Assembly: GCF_001194135.2 (NCBI RefSeq)
Contig: NC_068982.1
Span: 59,102,789-59,166,788 of the forward strand
From: Octopus bimaculoides
Taxonomy: Eukaryota
Length of the DNA stretch: 64,000 bases
Direction: 5' to 3'
The position numbers were made by a program, and so were the translations under genes. The notes beneath the pieces are model-generated. The model was not told where the DNA came from, did not search any database, and saw only the letters and a list, made by a program, of their open reading frames with translations. This document shows, piece after piece, positions 1 to 12,311 of the stretch. The number at the start of each line of letters is the position of its first letter. The first letter of the stretch is position 1.

Positions 1-1035
1 TATACACATGCACACACGATATGCATGTGTGTGTGTGTGTGTGTGTATGTGTGTGTGTGTGTGTCCACGTATTTAAATATGTACATATGCAAAACAGATT
101 CACATTCACTGACACATACACACACACACACACACACTAAAGAAGAATTTCAAGAAAGCACTGTCAGTAGATCTCTTGACACCATCTTGGACAATTACAC
201 TCATTCCTTTTGACCAAACCCTGTAGCAATTTCTCCAATGTTGGCAACTATAGGCAAATTAGTTGTCAAATTCGAAGCACTGGTGCAGAGGAGCATAAAT
301 TTCAGTCCTCTAATGTAGATATATTGCCACCAGCAGTGAATTTCACACAAGAAGATGTGTTGTATGTAGAAGATTTTATATTGGCGCCACGACTGCCTGG
401 GGTGTGGGTTGTTTTGGACTGAAGTGAGTATTAGAGTAATGATGATGTGAAAATTATATTGGCTGTGTTCTGCAGAGCACACACAAATAATGACCAATGA
501 TATTCCCTACACTACAGCTGAAAGACAAGGTTTGGAGATAATTTATTTATCGAAAGCTGTTTGCTTTCTTATATGTAAACCATGGACAAACGAGTTGGCA
601 AAAAGTACTGAGGTAAGAGTTATGTATAGTTCAAATCCAGCCAAAAGACTATTTAGTCGTTCATTCTACTAAGCTGATGAAGTGGATAGGCATGAAAGCC
701 AGGTTAAGATTTTTAACAAAGTTAAGAAGAATGAAAGCCAAGTTGGTTATTGCTTGGATGATTGTTGTTCATGAACACTGGGACATTTCTGATCCAGCAA
801 ATTTATGATCGAAGTAAACTGCTCCCCCCCACACACACACACATGCACTTGGGAAATAAGTGTGGTAGTGTAGTTTAGAATTTTGCTTTTCAACTCTGTG
901 GGTTCAGGATCTATCCACTGCCCTGCATCTTAAATGAATATCTTCTATTCAGGCTCTGTGCTAACAAATGCATTGTGAAAGAATTTGTTTGACAGTAAGT
1001 CCAAGAATCCTGTGATGTGAGCTTGTGCGTGCATT

Positions 1036-1071
<36 letters not shown>

Positions 1072-2000
1072 AGTTTTTACAAACTATACCAAGCAATGGC
1101 TACAAATAATGACATCATCATTTGTGGCTGGGTGGCAACAGGCAAATGTTTATTGATATTTTCTATCAAAAATATGTCCTCTCCACTTTCAAATTAACTC
1201 TGGAATAAAAGCATCCCTTATTTGAAAACTCAACGAGGGTTGGCAACACAAAGAGCATCTGGCCATAGAAATCCTGCCTAAATTACCTTCTAAGTCATAC
1301 TAGCATAGAAAAACAAGCAAACATCATCACTGTTTACATCAAAACTGAACGCAAGACTATACTAATGGTAATTAACAGATATAAATTAACACAGTAAATA
1401 AACAGTAACTGATCGCTATGAATAACTATAATTTCATTAATAAGCTAATAAGAGACTTTCTGTGTGCTTACACAGCTTGCTAGAAATAGCAGCTGAATTT
1501 TTTTGCCGGCTTTCATTGGATGGGATGGGTCTTCTAAGACAGTGTTTCATGGCTGGATGCTCTTCCTGTTGCAAACCCTTTCAGACACTTCTTATTATGT
1601 GATATACCTACTGTAAAACTATGTGTGTGCTTAAATGTATGTGAGAGAGTGTGTGCTTGTTGTGTGTTGGTTCTTTTAGTGAATTTTTCCAGTTATTTTG
1701 AAATATCTGGAAAAGGTCAATGAAAGAACCTACGCACAACACACACATATTCTCTTGCATGGTTAAATGTCCGTCTTTCTCTGGTTTCAGTTGTAGGACT
1801 GCAGCTATGCTTGGGTATGGCCTCAAAGGATTTTCATCAATCAAATCATCTCCAGTTCATATTTTTCAAGTTTGCTGATTGTTTTATTTGTCTCTTTTTA
1901 CTGAACTGTTATGTCGGAGAGATGTAAAAATGAATAAATCATAGGAAATTAAATGTATATATACTATGAAAAAAAAAAAAAATGTTTGTCAAAATTTGAC

Positions 2001-3596
2001 TAAAAACTATTTATTTAGTGCTTTTGTCCCTTTTAGGGATTCATCAGGAACGATTTCTTATTGAAAATTTATTCCTTTTATAGAGGTGTGAGTTAGTTGA
2101 AAAAAAAAAAAATGTGGAACTGTATTTGTTTCCTTGGGTTTTGGAAAGAGCATGTTTTGAGAGAGGTTATTTAAGATGTTCTTGATCATTTTGAATCTGT
2201 GTGTGCATGTGTGTGTGTGTGTGTGTGTGTGAGTGTGTGTGTATTTGTGTGTAAGCATGAGTGTGTGTGGGGAATTTTTATACAAAGCATATATGAGAGA
2301 TTTTTGGAGGCTTGCTTAGAGAAGAAAGAAAGCAAGAAAGAAAGAAAGATAGAAAAAAAGGGGTATTTTTCTGGGATGGTTCAAATTGATGACAGATCCA
2401 AGAGGTCAATTTTTTCTTTCCAACTGCAATAAATTTCTTTTGGTCATTGTGTGACTGACAAAATTTTACTCAGCTGTTAGTTGAAATCTATCAAATTGTT
2501 TGAAAGGTTTTTAAATGAATACATGTGTATGAAAAAGTGTGTGTGTTTAAAATACCTTGAAAAATTCACTGGAAGAACCAACACACAATACATAAACTCT
2601 CTCACATGCATGCATTTAAACACACACACTGACACACATACATTTAAAAGCATTCACAAACAACTTGATAGATTCTATTTTCTGTAGCTGGGTAACATGA
2701 CACCTAACGAAAAATTTCGTTGGTCACACAATGGCTAAAAGAAATTTATTGTAATTGATAAAATATTTGATCTCTTTGACCTGTCATCAATTTCAATCAT
2801 CCCAGAAAAACAACCCTTTTTTTCTTTCTCTCTTTTTTCTCTCCCCCCACCTCTCTCTCTCTCTCTCTCTCTAACCAAGCCTCCAATAATCTCTCATATA
2901 TGTTTTATTCTTTTACTTGTTTCAGTCATTTGACTGCGGCCATACTGGAGCACCACCTCGAGAGGTTTTTAGTTGAACAAAACGAACCCAGGACTTGCCT
3001 ATTTTAAGCCTAGTATTTATTCTATCAGTTTCTTTTGCCGAACTGCTAAATTACGGTGATGTGTACACACCAACATCAGTTGTCAAGCTATGGTGTAGGA
3101 ATAAACAGAGACAGACAGACAGACACACACACATATACATACAACAGGCTTCTTTCAGTTTCTGGCTACCAAATCCACTCACAAGGTTTTGGTTGGCCCA
3201 AGGCTATAGCAGAAGACGCTTGCCCAAGGTGCCATGCAGTGGGACTGAACCCAGAATCATGCGGTTGGGAAGCAAGTTTCTTACCATACAACTATGTCTG
3301 CATCTTGTTTAAAAATTCACCAAACACACATGCTTACACATACATGCTTAAACACACATAAGACACACACACACAAACACAAATACGCACACACAGAGAT
3401 TCAATATGACAAAGAACATCTCAAAAATCACTCACAAAGCACCCTCTTTCCAAAACCCAAGAAAACGGATTCAACCCTACTTTTTTTTTTTTCTTAACTA
3501 ACTCACATATATATAAAAGGTATGAATTTTCTATAAGGATTCATTCATTTACAGTGAATTCACGAAAGGAACTAAAGCACTAAATAAATAGTTTTA
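2001..3596. repeat. Large imperfect palindrome made of two head-to-head copies of a dispersed (PLE pLTR-like) repeat; right arm interrupted by a SINE
   Basis: 2001-2560 is the reverse complement of 2620-2880 plus 3303-3596 (e.g. aaaactatttatttagtgctt / aagcactaaataaatagtttt; tccttgggttttggaaagag / ctctttccaaaacccaagaa). Further copies at about 8556-9005 and 1610-1730. Confidence 0.8.
2905..3303 (-). mobile_element. tRNA-derived SINE, family A (GGAGTGGCTGTGTGGTAAG head)
   Basis: Matches the near-identical copies at 31121, 42661, 51099 and 52599: tRNA-like A/B-box head, internal microsatellite, tail GAAACAAGTAAAAGA. Confidence 0.85.
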
Positions 3597-4022
3597 ATCC
3601 AAATCCTTAATAAATAAAATCTGTACACCTCTTAAAAAACAATCTATACATATGTCATCATTTAGTTTTATTTCAAGATTTCTTGATAATAGAGAAAGAG
3701 CCAGTTTCTAATCTTGATCAAGACTCCTTCTTTGGAATTTCAGCAACATCAACAGAGTATTTTTGCATGTGTGTGTATAGGTGCAGTATTTGGAGACAGT
3801 GCATGTTTTGTTTTATGTATGAATTCTCATGCATATAGTTGCATACCTAGACAAGTGCATAAATGCTTAAATGATAAACTGGAAAGTTATAAAAATTTTT
3901 ACAGTTCAAGTGATGTTTTGGATCCATAGACTTCGAATCAGATTGGTTTTTAGGTTACATATCCCAGTGCCTCAATAATTACAGGTATGTATGTGTGTAT
4001 GTATGTATGCATGTATGTGTGC

Positions 4023-4489
4023 CAGTTTAGTCACCGGCAACCTGACCTTATTAGAATGAAGGATAGCAGGATTCCTAAGCAGATGCTCTGTGGAGAACTT
4101 GTGAATGGAAGGAGACTCCGGCAGAAACCAAGGCTGCGATTTAAGGACTGTGTCAAGTCCTCATTAAAGGCCTGTGATATGCAGGACACTGACTGGGAGA
4201 ACAATGCTTGTCATCGCCACAGATGGAGGAAGCAGGTTAACGAGGTGATCGACACTTTTGAGAGAGCACGTATCCAGCATGAAGAACTTAAGTGAGCTGC
4301 GCGAAAGCGTACGGCTCATATAGTGAATGGGAAAAGCTTAATCTGCAATGTTTGCAGTCGTGTATCCTTGTCAAGAGCAGGGCTCATTAGCCACCAACAG
4401 AACCGCAAATGCAAAATATTAGTCCTAGAGCGCACAATGTTCCTGAAGGTCGGCAATGGTCTTCCTTGGTCATGAGTGGACAGCCATCA
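4023..4489 (+). mobile_element. 5'-truncated RTE-clade LINE, ORF2 C-terminus and 3' end
   Basis: Translates RMKDSRIPKQMLCGELVNGRRLRQKPRLRFKDCVKSSLK...WENNACHRHRWR, then after a stop CNVCSRVSLSRAGLISH (C2H2-like). This is the RTE/BovB-type C-terminus. Ends in (TGTA)n. Confidence 0.85.
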
Positions 4490-4679
4490 TGTATGTATGT
4501 ATGTATGTATGTATGTGTGTGTGTGTATGCATGTATGTATAAAAATGACCTGTTGAACTGGAAAGTCTCAAGGTGCAAACACAAGAGTGGCACAACCACA
4601 AGGAAATCACTATCCACAAATAAAAATGTTACAATACAGTTAATTTGTTCTCATTATTTACAATTTTTATGTGTAAAAC

Positions 4680-4880
4680 ACTGGTGCTGGTGCTGTGTAG
4701 AAAGCACTCAGTACACCCTGTAAAGTGGTTGGCATTAGCAAAGGCTTCCAGCTGTAGAAACCTAGCCAAAACAGACTATGGAGTCTGGTGCAGGTCCTGG
4801 CCTTGCCAGCGCCTGACAAACCTTCCAAGCCATGCCAGCATGAAAAACTGATATTAAATGATGATGATGAAGTTGAAGAT
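4680..4880 (+). mobile_element. RTE-related 3' tail repeat, family C
   Basis: aaagcactcagtacac...tgccagcatgaaaaactgatattaaatgatgatg, same tail as 16030, 43500, 47480 and 61845. Confidence 0.7.
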
Positions 4881-5217
4881 GATGACAAACCCTCAGCCAC
4901 GTGGTTTGGAAGCAAAATTTTTACTTTCTTACCATGCAGCCATGCTTGCATTTATGTCTATAAAAGATACACCCTTAACTTTAATCCAAACCATCTTGAA
5001 TACAAATGTCAGATACCATTATAGCAGCCAATACCACAATGACAACCAAAGTTTGAAACTTCACAACCTGGATTTATTGATTTTCTTATGCTATTGAATG
5101 TTATCTGTTGATCCTCGGGTTGTTCTATATTTTTAGTGTAAATAGGTTAACACGTGACCCACATCTGCTTTAACCTAGGCATAAGAGAACAACAAAGTAT
5201 ATAATAACCCTATGTTA

Positions 5218-5350
5218 CTAGGTTGAGGAAAAAGTTCATGTGCCATGAGTCACCATTGAACATGACATGAACTGAATGAACACAAACACCATAAAAATAT
5301 ATAAAAAAGCATTATTTTAACACGGTGCGTGAACTTTTTCCTCAACCTAG
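5218..5350. mobile_element. 133-bp Tc1/mariner-type MITE
   Basis: Perfect 21-bp TIRs CTAGGTTGAGGAAAAAGTTCA / TGAACTTTTTCCTCAACCTAG flanked by TA on both sides (5216-17, 5351-52). Confidence 0.85.
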
Positions 5351-6760
5351 TATAATCCTTCATTTTTAACTGAGCCATTATGCATAGACCTTGCCCAAGA
5401 TCTGCTGGAGTAATCTGAAGGAGATTTGGCTATTATTTCCAGCAAGTTGTGTGACTACATGAGTCTTTTATTAGCTTGTTAATGCAATTGTGCTTACTCA
5501 GTATGATTAGTTAATGTTTGTTATTTGTGCTAACGTGTATCTATTAATTGTTATTACTACTTTTTGCTTTCAGCTTTGAATTCAACATTTGCATTCATTA
5601 GAGCTGGATATTTTAACGATAAAACTGAATTTAATCTAAATGTAATAGGTGGTTACCAAATTATTTGGTAAATCTCACATCAGAAATGATTAAAATAAAA
5701 CGTTTATAGTTCTTTTTTGTTGCTGTTATTACAAAACATTTGCAGTAATTTCTTTCTGGAAAAATTGAAAATAGTCTCTCTCTGTGTCAGTAATAGTGTG
5801 CTTAGTTGATAATGGAGTAGTCTCTAAGTTATTGCTTAAACCATTAAAAGTAGTAGCTCAATAACCCTCAAATCACATCATGATGTCTTGCAAAAAAAAA
5901 AAAAAAGAAATACATTGCAAGATCATAGCCTGCATACTCTATATCATCCTCCTCATTTCCATCCTCATAACAACATCCAAGTTACCATACTTGCATGGGT
6001 CAGATATAATTCATTGAGGCAGATTTTCTATGGCTGGATGCCCTTCCTGTCACCAACCATCGAGTGTTTCTAAGTAATGTAATATTCCCCATGATCAGAC
6101 ATGGTATCATGGAAGATTGAAAATGAAGGACATCATTTGCATCATGGTGACATTAGTTTATAACTATCACATGAATTCAAGACAAGGAGACAGTAACACA
6201 CACACACACACACGATTGGCTTCTTGCAGTTTCCATCTACCAAATTCACACACAAGGCTTTGATTGATCTAGGGCTATAGTAAAAGATATGTTCTCAAGG
6301 TACCACACAGTGGGACTGAACAAGTAACTATGGGGTTGCAAAGAAAACTTTTCACCACACTGCCACACCTGCAGAAAAACATTAGTGATCATGATCATAG
6401 CTCTATTCAGTAAGAGATGATCTCAGGTTTTAACCTGTGATCATCTCTTACTGAACAGAGCTGACAAGAAAGACTGAACATTTATAGTTGTTGAGAATGA
6501 CAAAAACTCAACTAAAAGTTGTTTGTTAACAAGCAGGTTAAACATTCACAAACATCAAAATAGTTATAATTCTTGATCTATTTTATTGCCTTGTTTTTAT
6601 GATTTATAATTACAGACTTGCTAGTAAAAATTTTAATTCTTTAAAAAATATATTTTCCCCTTTTAGCTCTTCCCACTCTTTCCCATATATGTCTTACATG
6701 ATATTTTAATTGCATTTCCTAGTCATTGATCTTCAGCAGCCAGTTAAATCGTTTTTGTTG

Positions 6761-6993
6761 TTAAATCCTTTAGCATTCAGATTACTCTGTCAAATGCAAT
6801 CCTTATTTACTTACATTGTTCTGAATTAATCTTGCATTAATTGTAGCATGACAATTTCAATGACATGACAGCCTACTTTTAGAATGACATTGTAGGGTAT
6901 GTGTGAAAGGCTGAATCTGGTCAATTTGAACTTAAAGCAGGTAGGTAGAATATTTGAGCCAGATATAACCAGTTTAAAATGCTAAAACGCTAA
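6761..6993. mobile_element. piggyBac-like MITE (CCCTTTAGCATT termini), degenerate
   Basis: Homologous to the TTAA-flanked copy at 22556-22773. Confidence 0.65.
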
Positions 6994-7489
6994 GCCAAGC
7001 TCGGCCCTGGTCAAATAGACTTATGGTCAAAAGAATCTAACCATGACCATCTTGTCATAGCTTATCTCAGAGTACATTATTCATTATTTCTTTCCATTTT
7101 GGAAGTAAACAGGTTGTAAACTGAGAGGGTTTTGATTTGTTTCCAGTAGACCGTACAACCAAGTAGTGGCTCCCTCATACATATATAAATTGGAGTTTAG
7201 CATTGATTAACTATATCATTATACATCACAGATAATGTATATCATTCCTATACACCAACACACACTCACAAACATACATGCACATATTACATATATAAAT
7301 GCACATATGCATACATTATATACATGCATTCATACATTATATACATGCATCCATAGAAAGAATGAGTTTAGATTTTTATTATACTTATAGTGAGACTTTC
7401 TAATATTTGAATTTATTTATAGTTATGTTTCACTGAAATATATACCTTATATTTCAAATTATTTCCAACAACAAAATAATGCATTATAT

Positions 7490-7525
7490 ATTATATGCAT
7501 GTGTGTGTATGTGTGAATATGTTTT

Positions 7526-7596
<71 letters not shown>

Positions 7597-7651
7597 GTAT
7601 ATATATATATATGTGCGTGTATGTATGTATGCATGAATATATATATGTATG

Positions 7652-7702
<51 letters not shown>

Positions 7703-7723
7703 GTGTGTATATATGTGTGTGTA

Positions 7724-7774
<51 letters not shown>

Positions 7775-7815
7775 ATATAGTTATACACAGACACATATAT
7801 ATATATATATATGTC
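7490..7815. repeat. Compound (TG)n/(TA)n microsatellite
   Basis: Direct reading; source of the YIYI/CVCV ORFs. Confidence 0.95.
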
Positions 7816-8290
7816 AAAGACCTTCCTGATTCTTATTTACTCTGTTTTTGCATAACAAGCATTCTTATACGTGTGCTTCTATGCATTTGCATATACATGC
7901 ATACATACATACAGGCATGCATACACGTGTATGTATAGTCATGTTATCTTTTGAAAAAAAATATGTAAAATATTAGTTGCTGCATTAGAACTGCACATCA
8001 GGATTCACATTTTGTGCATCTGAGCAAATTAGATTCTGCTTTGAAAATCTTTTGATCTTTTGATATTCATTCAACTAATCATAAACAGTTGTGCTCACTG
8101 ACGGAGGACAAACAGAAATCTGGCACAAATTAAAAATTTGACCTAACTACATATCTAAGTTTTTAATTCTGCATATTCTCCCACTTATATAAACTTGCAA
8201 TGTATATTGCATGCATGCACAACACAAACACACACACACACACACACACAGAATCATGTTTGAAGCAGTGTACAAATTTTATACATTCTT

Positions 8291-8509
8291 TTCTACTCTA
8301 GGCACAAGGCCTGAAATGTTTGGGAAGTGGGGGGGGGGCAGTCGATTGGATCGACCCCAGTACACAACTGGTACTTAATTTATCGACCCCCTGAAAGGAT
8401 GAAAGGCAAAGTCGACCTCAGCGGAATTTGAACTCAAAACATAAAGACAAATGAAAAACCGCTAAGCATTTCAACCAGCGTGCTAACGTTTCTGCCAGTT
8501 CACCACCTT
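8291..8509 (-). mobile_element. tRNA-derived SINE, family B ((ATT)n tail)
   Basis: ggcacaaggcctgaaat...gatcgaccccagtac...aaaggatgaaaggcaaagtcgacctcagcggaatttgaactc...tgctaacgtttctgccag; about 20 homologues in the window. Confidence 0.85.
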
Positions 8510-8555
8510 ACAAATTTTATACGTTAAGAAAAAGAAAGTAGGTAGGATTTAGATA

Positions 8556-9005
8556 AAAGCTATTTATTTATTTAGTGCTTTCATCCTTTTCAGGGATTCA
8601 TCATGAATAATTCCTTATAGAAAATTCATACCTTTTCTATATATGTGGGTTAGTCAGGAAGAAGAAAAAAACCTGGAGTTGTATTTGTTTCCTTGGGTTT
8701 TGGAAAGAAGATTCTTTGGGGGCAGTTATTTGATGTGTTCTTTGTCATTTTGATTCTATACTTGTGTTTATATGTGTGTGTAAGCATGAGTGCGTGGTGA
8801 ATTATTAAACAAAGAGGAAGAAAGAAAGAAGTGTTTTTCTGGGGTGGTTGAAACTGACAAAAGATCAACGAGGTCAAGTTTTTTGTTGATTGCAATAAAT
8901 TTCTTTTAGTCATGGTGACCAAACATTTTTTGTCAGTTTTCATGTTGCCCAGCTGTAGAAAATAGAATCTATAGAATTATTTGGGAAGGCTTTTAAATGT
9001 GTGTG
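8556..9005 (-). mobile_element. Additional copy of the repeat forming the 2.0-3.6 kb palindrome, with a hammerhead-like core at 8571-8610
   Basis: Colinear with 2001-2560. Minus strand reads AUGAUGA-AUCCC-ugaaa-AGGAU-GAAA-GCAC-UA. Confidence 0.7.
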
Positions 9006-9336
9006 TCACGTAGGAGGGGTGCACCTTTATTACTAATTCCCTACAACAGTTACAAGGATGTAAACAAACTTTCACCAGTTGTCAGCAGGCAAACACAAAG
9101 GAAAACACAAACACACACATACACATATACATAGACATGATGAGCTTCCACACAGTTTCCGTGTACCAAATTCACTCACAGTTCAGAGTTATAATAGAAG
9201 ACACTTGCCAAAAGTGTCTTGCAGTAGAACCTGAATCTGAAACCATATGACTACATAGGGAGCTTCGTAATCACACAGTCATGACTGCACCAGACATAGT
9301 TCTCTGATAAAGGAGGTTATATATTTGGCATTAGGA

Positions 9337-9554
9337 AACCCTTTCGATACCAACCTGGCTGAAACCACCTCTGCCTCTGTAGTACAAATGTCTTGTTTTC
9401 ATAAGTTTTGAGTTAAAATCTTCCACCAAACCTTAGTCACAATTTATGTTCCTAATATTAGATAACCAAGTTATTTTATTAAATTCTTAGTTATTTTAAA
9501 AATTAATTGAAAGAAACACAGAACATCTCCAATAAATACAGTAACGAAAGGGCT
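9337..9554. mobile_element. piggyBac-like MITE (CCCTTTCG termini)
   Basis: Inverted termini accctttcgatac / gtaacgaaagggct; related partial copy at about 22270-22467. Confidence 0.65.
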
Positions 9555-9629
9555 AAGAATAAGCAAATGTTCTGTTCTCTTAAGAATAAGCAAATGTTTT
9601 TTTATAGACTGAGGTTTGCTTAGTCTGAT

Positions 9630-9843
9630 GTTGGTTTCAAATTTTGGCACAAGGCCAGCAATTTTAGGGGAGGGTTTAAGTCAGTTACATCAACCTCAGT
9701 ATTCAACTGGTACTTATTTTATTGACCCCGAAAGGATGAAAGACTGAAAGACAAAGTTGGCCTTGGCAGAATTTGAACTCAGAACTGAAATACTGCTTAG
9801 CATTTTGCCCAGCATGCTAACAATTTTGCCAACTTGCTGTCTT
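9630..9843 (-). mobile_element. SINE family B
   Basis: Homology to 8291-8509. Confidence 0.8.
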
Positions 9844-10997
9844 TACTTAGTCTTGTATTAAATGTGCAAATAAGGTTAAAAATCACCTCACACCTTGTTC
9901 ATGAAGTGTTGCCTACTTTGGACCTGTCATCACTCCATGTGCAAGATACTTTATTTCTAATAGCATTAATGTACTTTAAGTATGTTTTTCAAAGCCTCAG
10001 TTCTGATAGAACATAACAAAAATTTCCAGTTTTTCCTTTAAATTGAAATATCACACATAAGGTGTATAAACAAAATACCTGAAACTTAATCCATAGTTTC
10101 CTCATTTATCTAAAGAAATATCATTTATATCTATTAATAAAGAGATCTTACACAAAATTTACTTTACAAACCAAACATCCGCAGAGCCAGATTGAAATTA
10201 AATGTCTTCACTTTTACTTCTGCCATCTTGACAGTTTTCTTTTCTTTTCTCTTCATAAAACTTAAATTTCAACATGTGAAAAAAACGAATGAATACATAA
10301 ATAAATAATAAAAGTAATAAAACCTTGAAAAAGAATACGGTCACTTCCTTTCAGTCAAGTGCAGAACCAGAAATATGAATGTGAAAATAAACTAGGAAAC
10401 CCCAGAAATATGCCAAATATTTATGACCACACTAAATTAACAAATTATTCTGTATATGCCTATATTAAGCAAAAAGCATGAGCAACATCAGTAATGGCAA
10501 CAATTGATATGACACATGAGTCACTGGGTGTTTCTCTAAGATGTTGCTCAACAAGCTAGAAACAGCAGCCAAATCACCTTAAAAAATGGAAGAACTCATG
10601 AAATGTCAGAAAAACAAGTTGGTCACAGCTGGAATGCTTTTAGACACAAATTTGATGAATCAGGTTTAATCAGAGTTAATCCATTAGCGTTAAGATTACT
10701 CAGTCAAACGCAATGCTTACTTATTCATATTCATTGTCGTCATCACCATCTAACATGCTGGTATGGGTTGGATGGCTTGACTGGAACTAGCAAGGCCTGG
10801 GGACAAACTGGGTGCCATAGTCTGTTTAGGCTTGGTTTCTACAGGTGGTACCCTTCCTAATGCCGACCATTTCACAGAGTGTACTGGGTGCTTTTTACAT
10901 GAGACCATCACCAGTGCCTTTCATGTGGCACCAGCGCCTACACCAATGCTTATTAGCAATTTATTAGCAATTTAACAACCTAAAGGCAAATTTACAA

Positions 10998-11386
10998 ACG
11001 TCACTAAAGTGACAGAGGGTACAAAGTGGTACTGGTATTGCTAGAAATAAGTGTCAAAATGACTCATTAGCCACAAAAGCACTATTTCAATAAGCTGACA
11101 AGGGAGACAAAGCTCACTACAGTTGAAGATATAGCCATATCACTAGTTGATTTCGAATCTTGATGCAGAACATCTTAACTTTCATCAGTGGCTTTTACTG
11201 CACCTAGGGTTAAACTCAACTCACCTCATCATCTTATAAGAAAAACTGTTGAAAACGTGCCAATTTCAAAAACGGTAGAAGTCTCCCTTGTCAGCTTAAG
11301 ATACCACTCTGGTGGCTAATGAGTCGTTTTGACTTATTTCTAGCAATGCCAGTACCACTTTGTATCCTCTGTCACTTTAGTGACGT
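10998..11386. repeat. Fold-back: about 105-bp inverted arms (10998-11108 / 11281-11386) around a 172-nt loop
   Basis: acgtcactaaagtgacagagg...ataagctgacaagggagac versus gtctcccttgtcagctta...cctctgtcactttagtgacgt. Confidence 0.9.
11133..11193 (-). ncRNA. Type I hammerhead ribozyme candidate
   Basis: AGCCA-CUGAUGA-[27 nt with GAUG/CAUC hairpin]-GAAA-UCA acuag UG-AUA-UGGCU: 5-bp stem I, 4-bp stem III, AUA cleavage triplet. Proximal stem II is weak. Confidence 0.55.
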
Positions 11387-11408
11387 CTATATATATATAT
11401 ATATATAT

Positions 11409-12172
11409 ATAGTTTTAGGGAAAATAACCAAGTTTCAAGAACTCATTGATGAAAATCCACTATCACATATAGAAAAATTAACAATTAAAAGCACAATAAA
11501 TGAGTATAATATAAAGCAAAGTAAATATCATAAGATAAATATAATAAAATGATTACACGTGTTTCATAACTAATTTTCAAATAGAAAGGAAATTTAAATC
11601 GATTAAAATCAATTGAAATTATCGAAAACTAAATTCTATTCAAAAATATAGCTAATCGTCAGATCTTAAGTAGAACAATAATTAGATATATATATCTCGA
11701 CCAACAATAAGTACCAAATGAATTAATNNNNNNNNNNNNNNNNNNNNNNNNNNNNNNNNNNNNNNNNNNNNNNNNNNNNNNNNNNNNNNNNNNNNNNNNN
11801 NNNNNNNNNNNNNNNNNNNNNNNNNNNNNNNNNNNNNNNNNNNNNNNNNNNNNNNNNNNNNNNNNNNNNNNNNNNNNNNNNNNNNNNNNNNNNNNNNNNN
11901 NNNNNNNNNNNNNNNNNNNNNNNNNNNNNNNNNNNNNNNNNNNNNNNNNNNAAATTATCTTTGTTTTAAATACAATTTGAATGAAGTTTAAGTTTAAAAT
12001 AATAATGAAGATAAAATTAGTACATATTTAACCGGTGTAATAGTTAAAGCTATACTATTTAAAGCTAAAAATGTTTATTTAATTATCATTAAAAATCAAT
12101 TAATTTTTCTATATGTGATAGTGGATTTTCATCGATGAGTTCTTGAAACTTGGTTATTTTCCCTAAAACTAT
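11409..12172. repeat. 72-bp near-perfect inverted repeats (11409-11480 / 12101-12172) enclosing AT-rich DNA and a gap
   Basis: atagttttagggaaaataaccaagtttcaagaactcattgatgaaaatccactatcacatatagaaaaatta and its reverse complement, one mismatch. Confidence 0.85.
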
Positions 12173-12280
12173 ATATTTTGTATATATTTTATCTATAAAG
12201 CTCAATTTAATTTTAATTTTTTATAAATTGATTTTAATTGAGTTTTTACCTGTAATTTTGGATTTTGTCCCTAATATTAT

Positions 12281-12311
<31 letters not shown>

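Noticed and set aside
668-712. CUGAUGA...GAAA at 674-697
   Set aside because: No complementary stem I and no properly placed UH; such motifs occur by chance in 64 kb.
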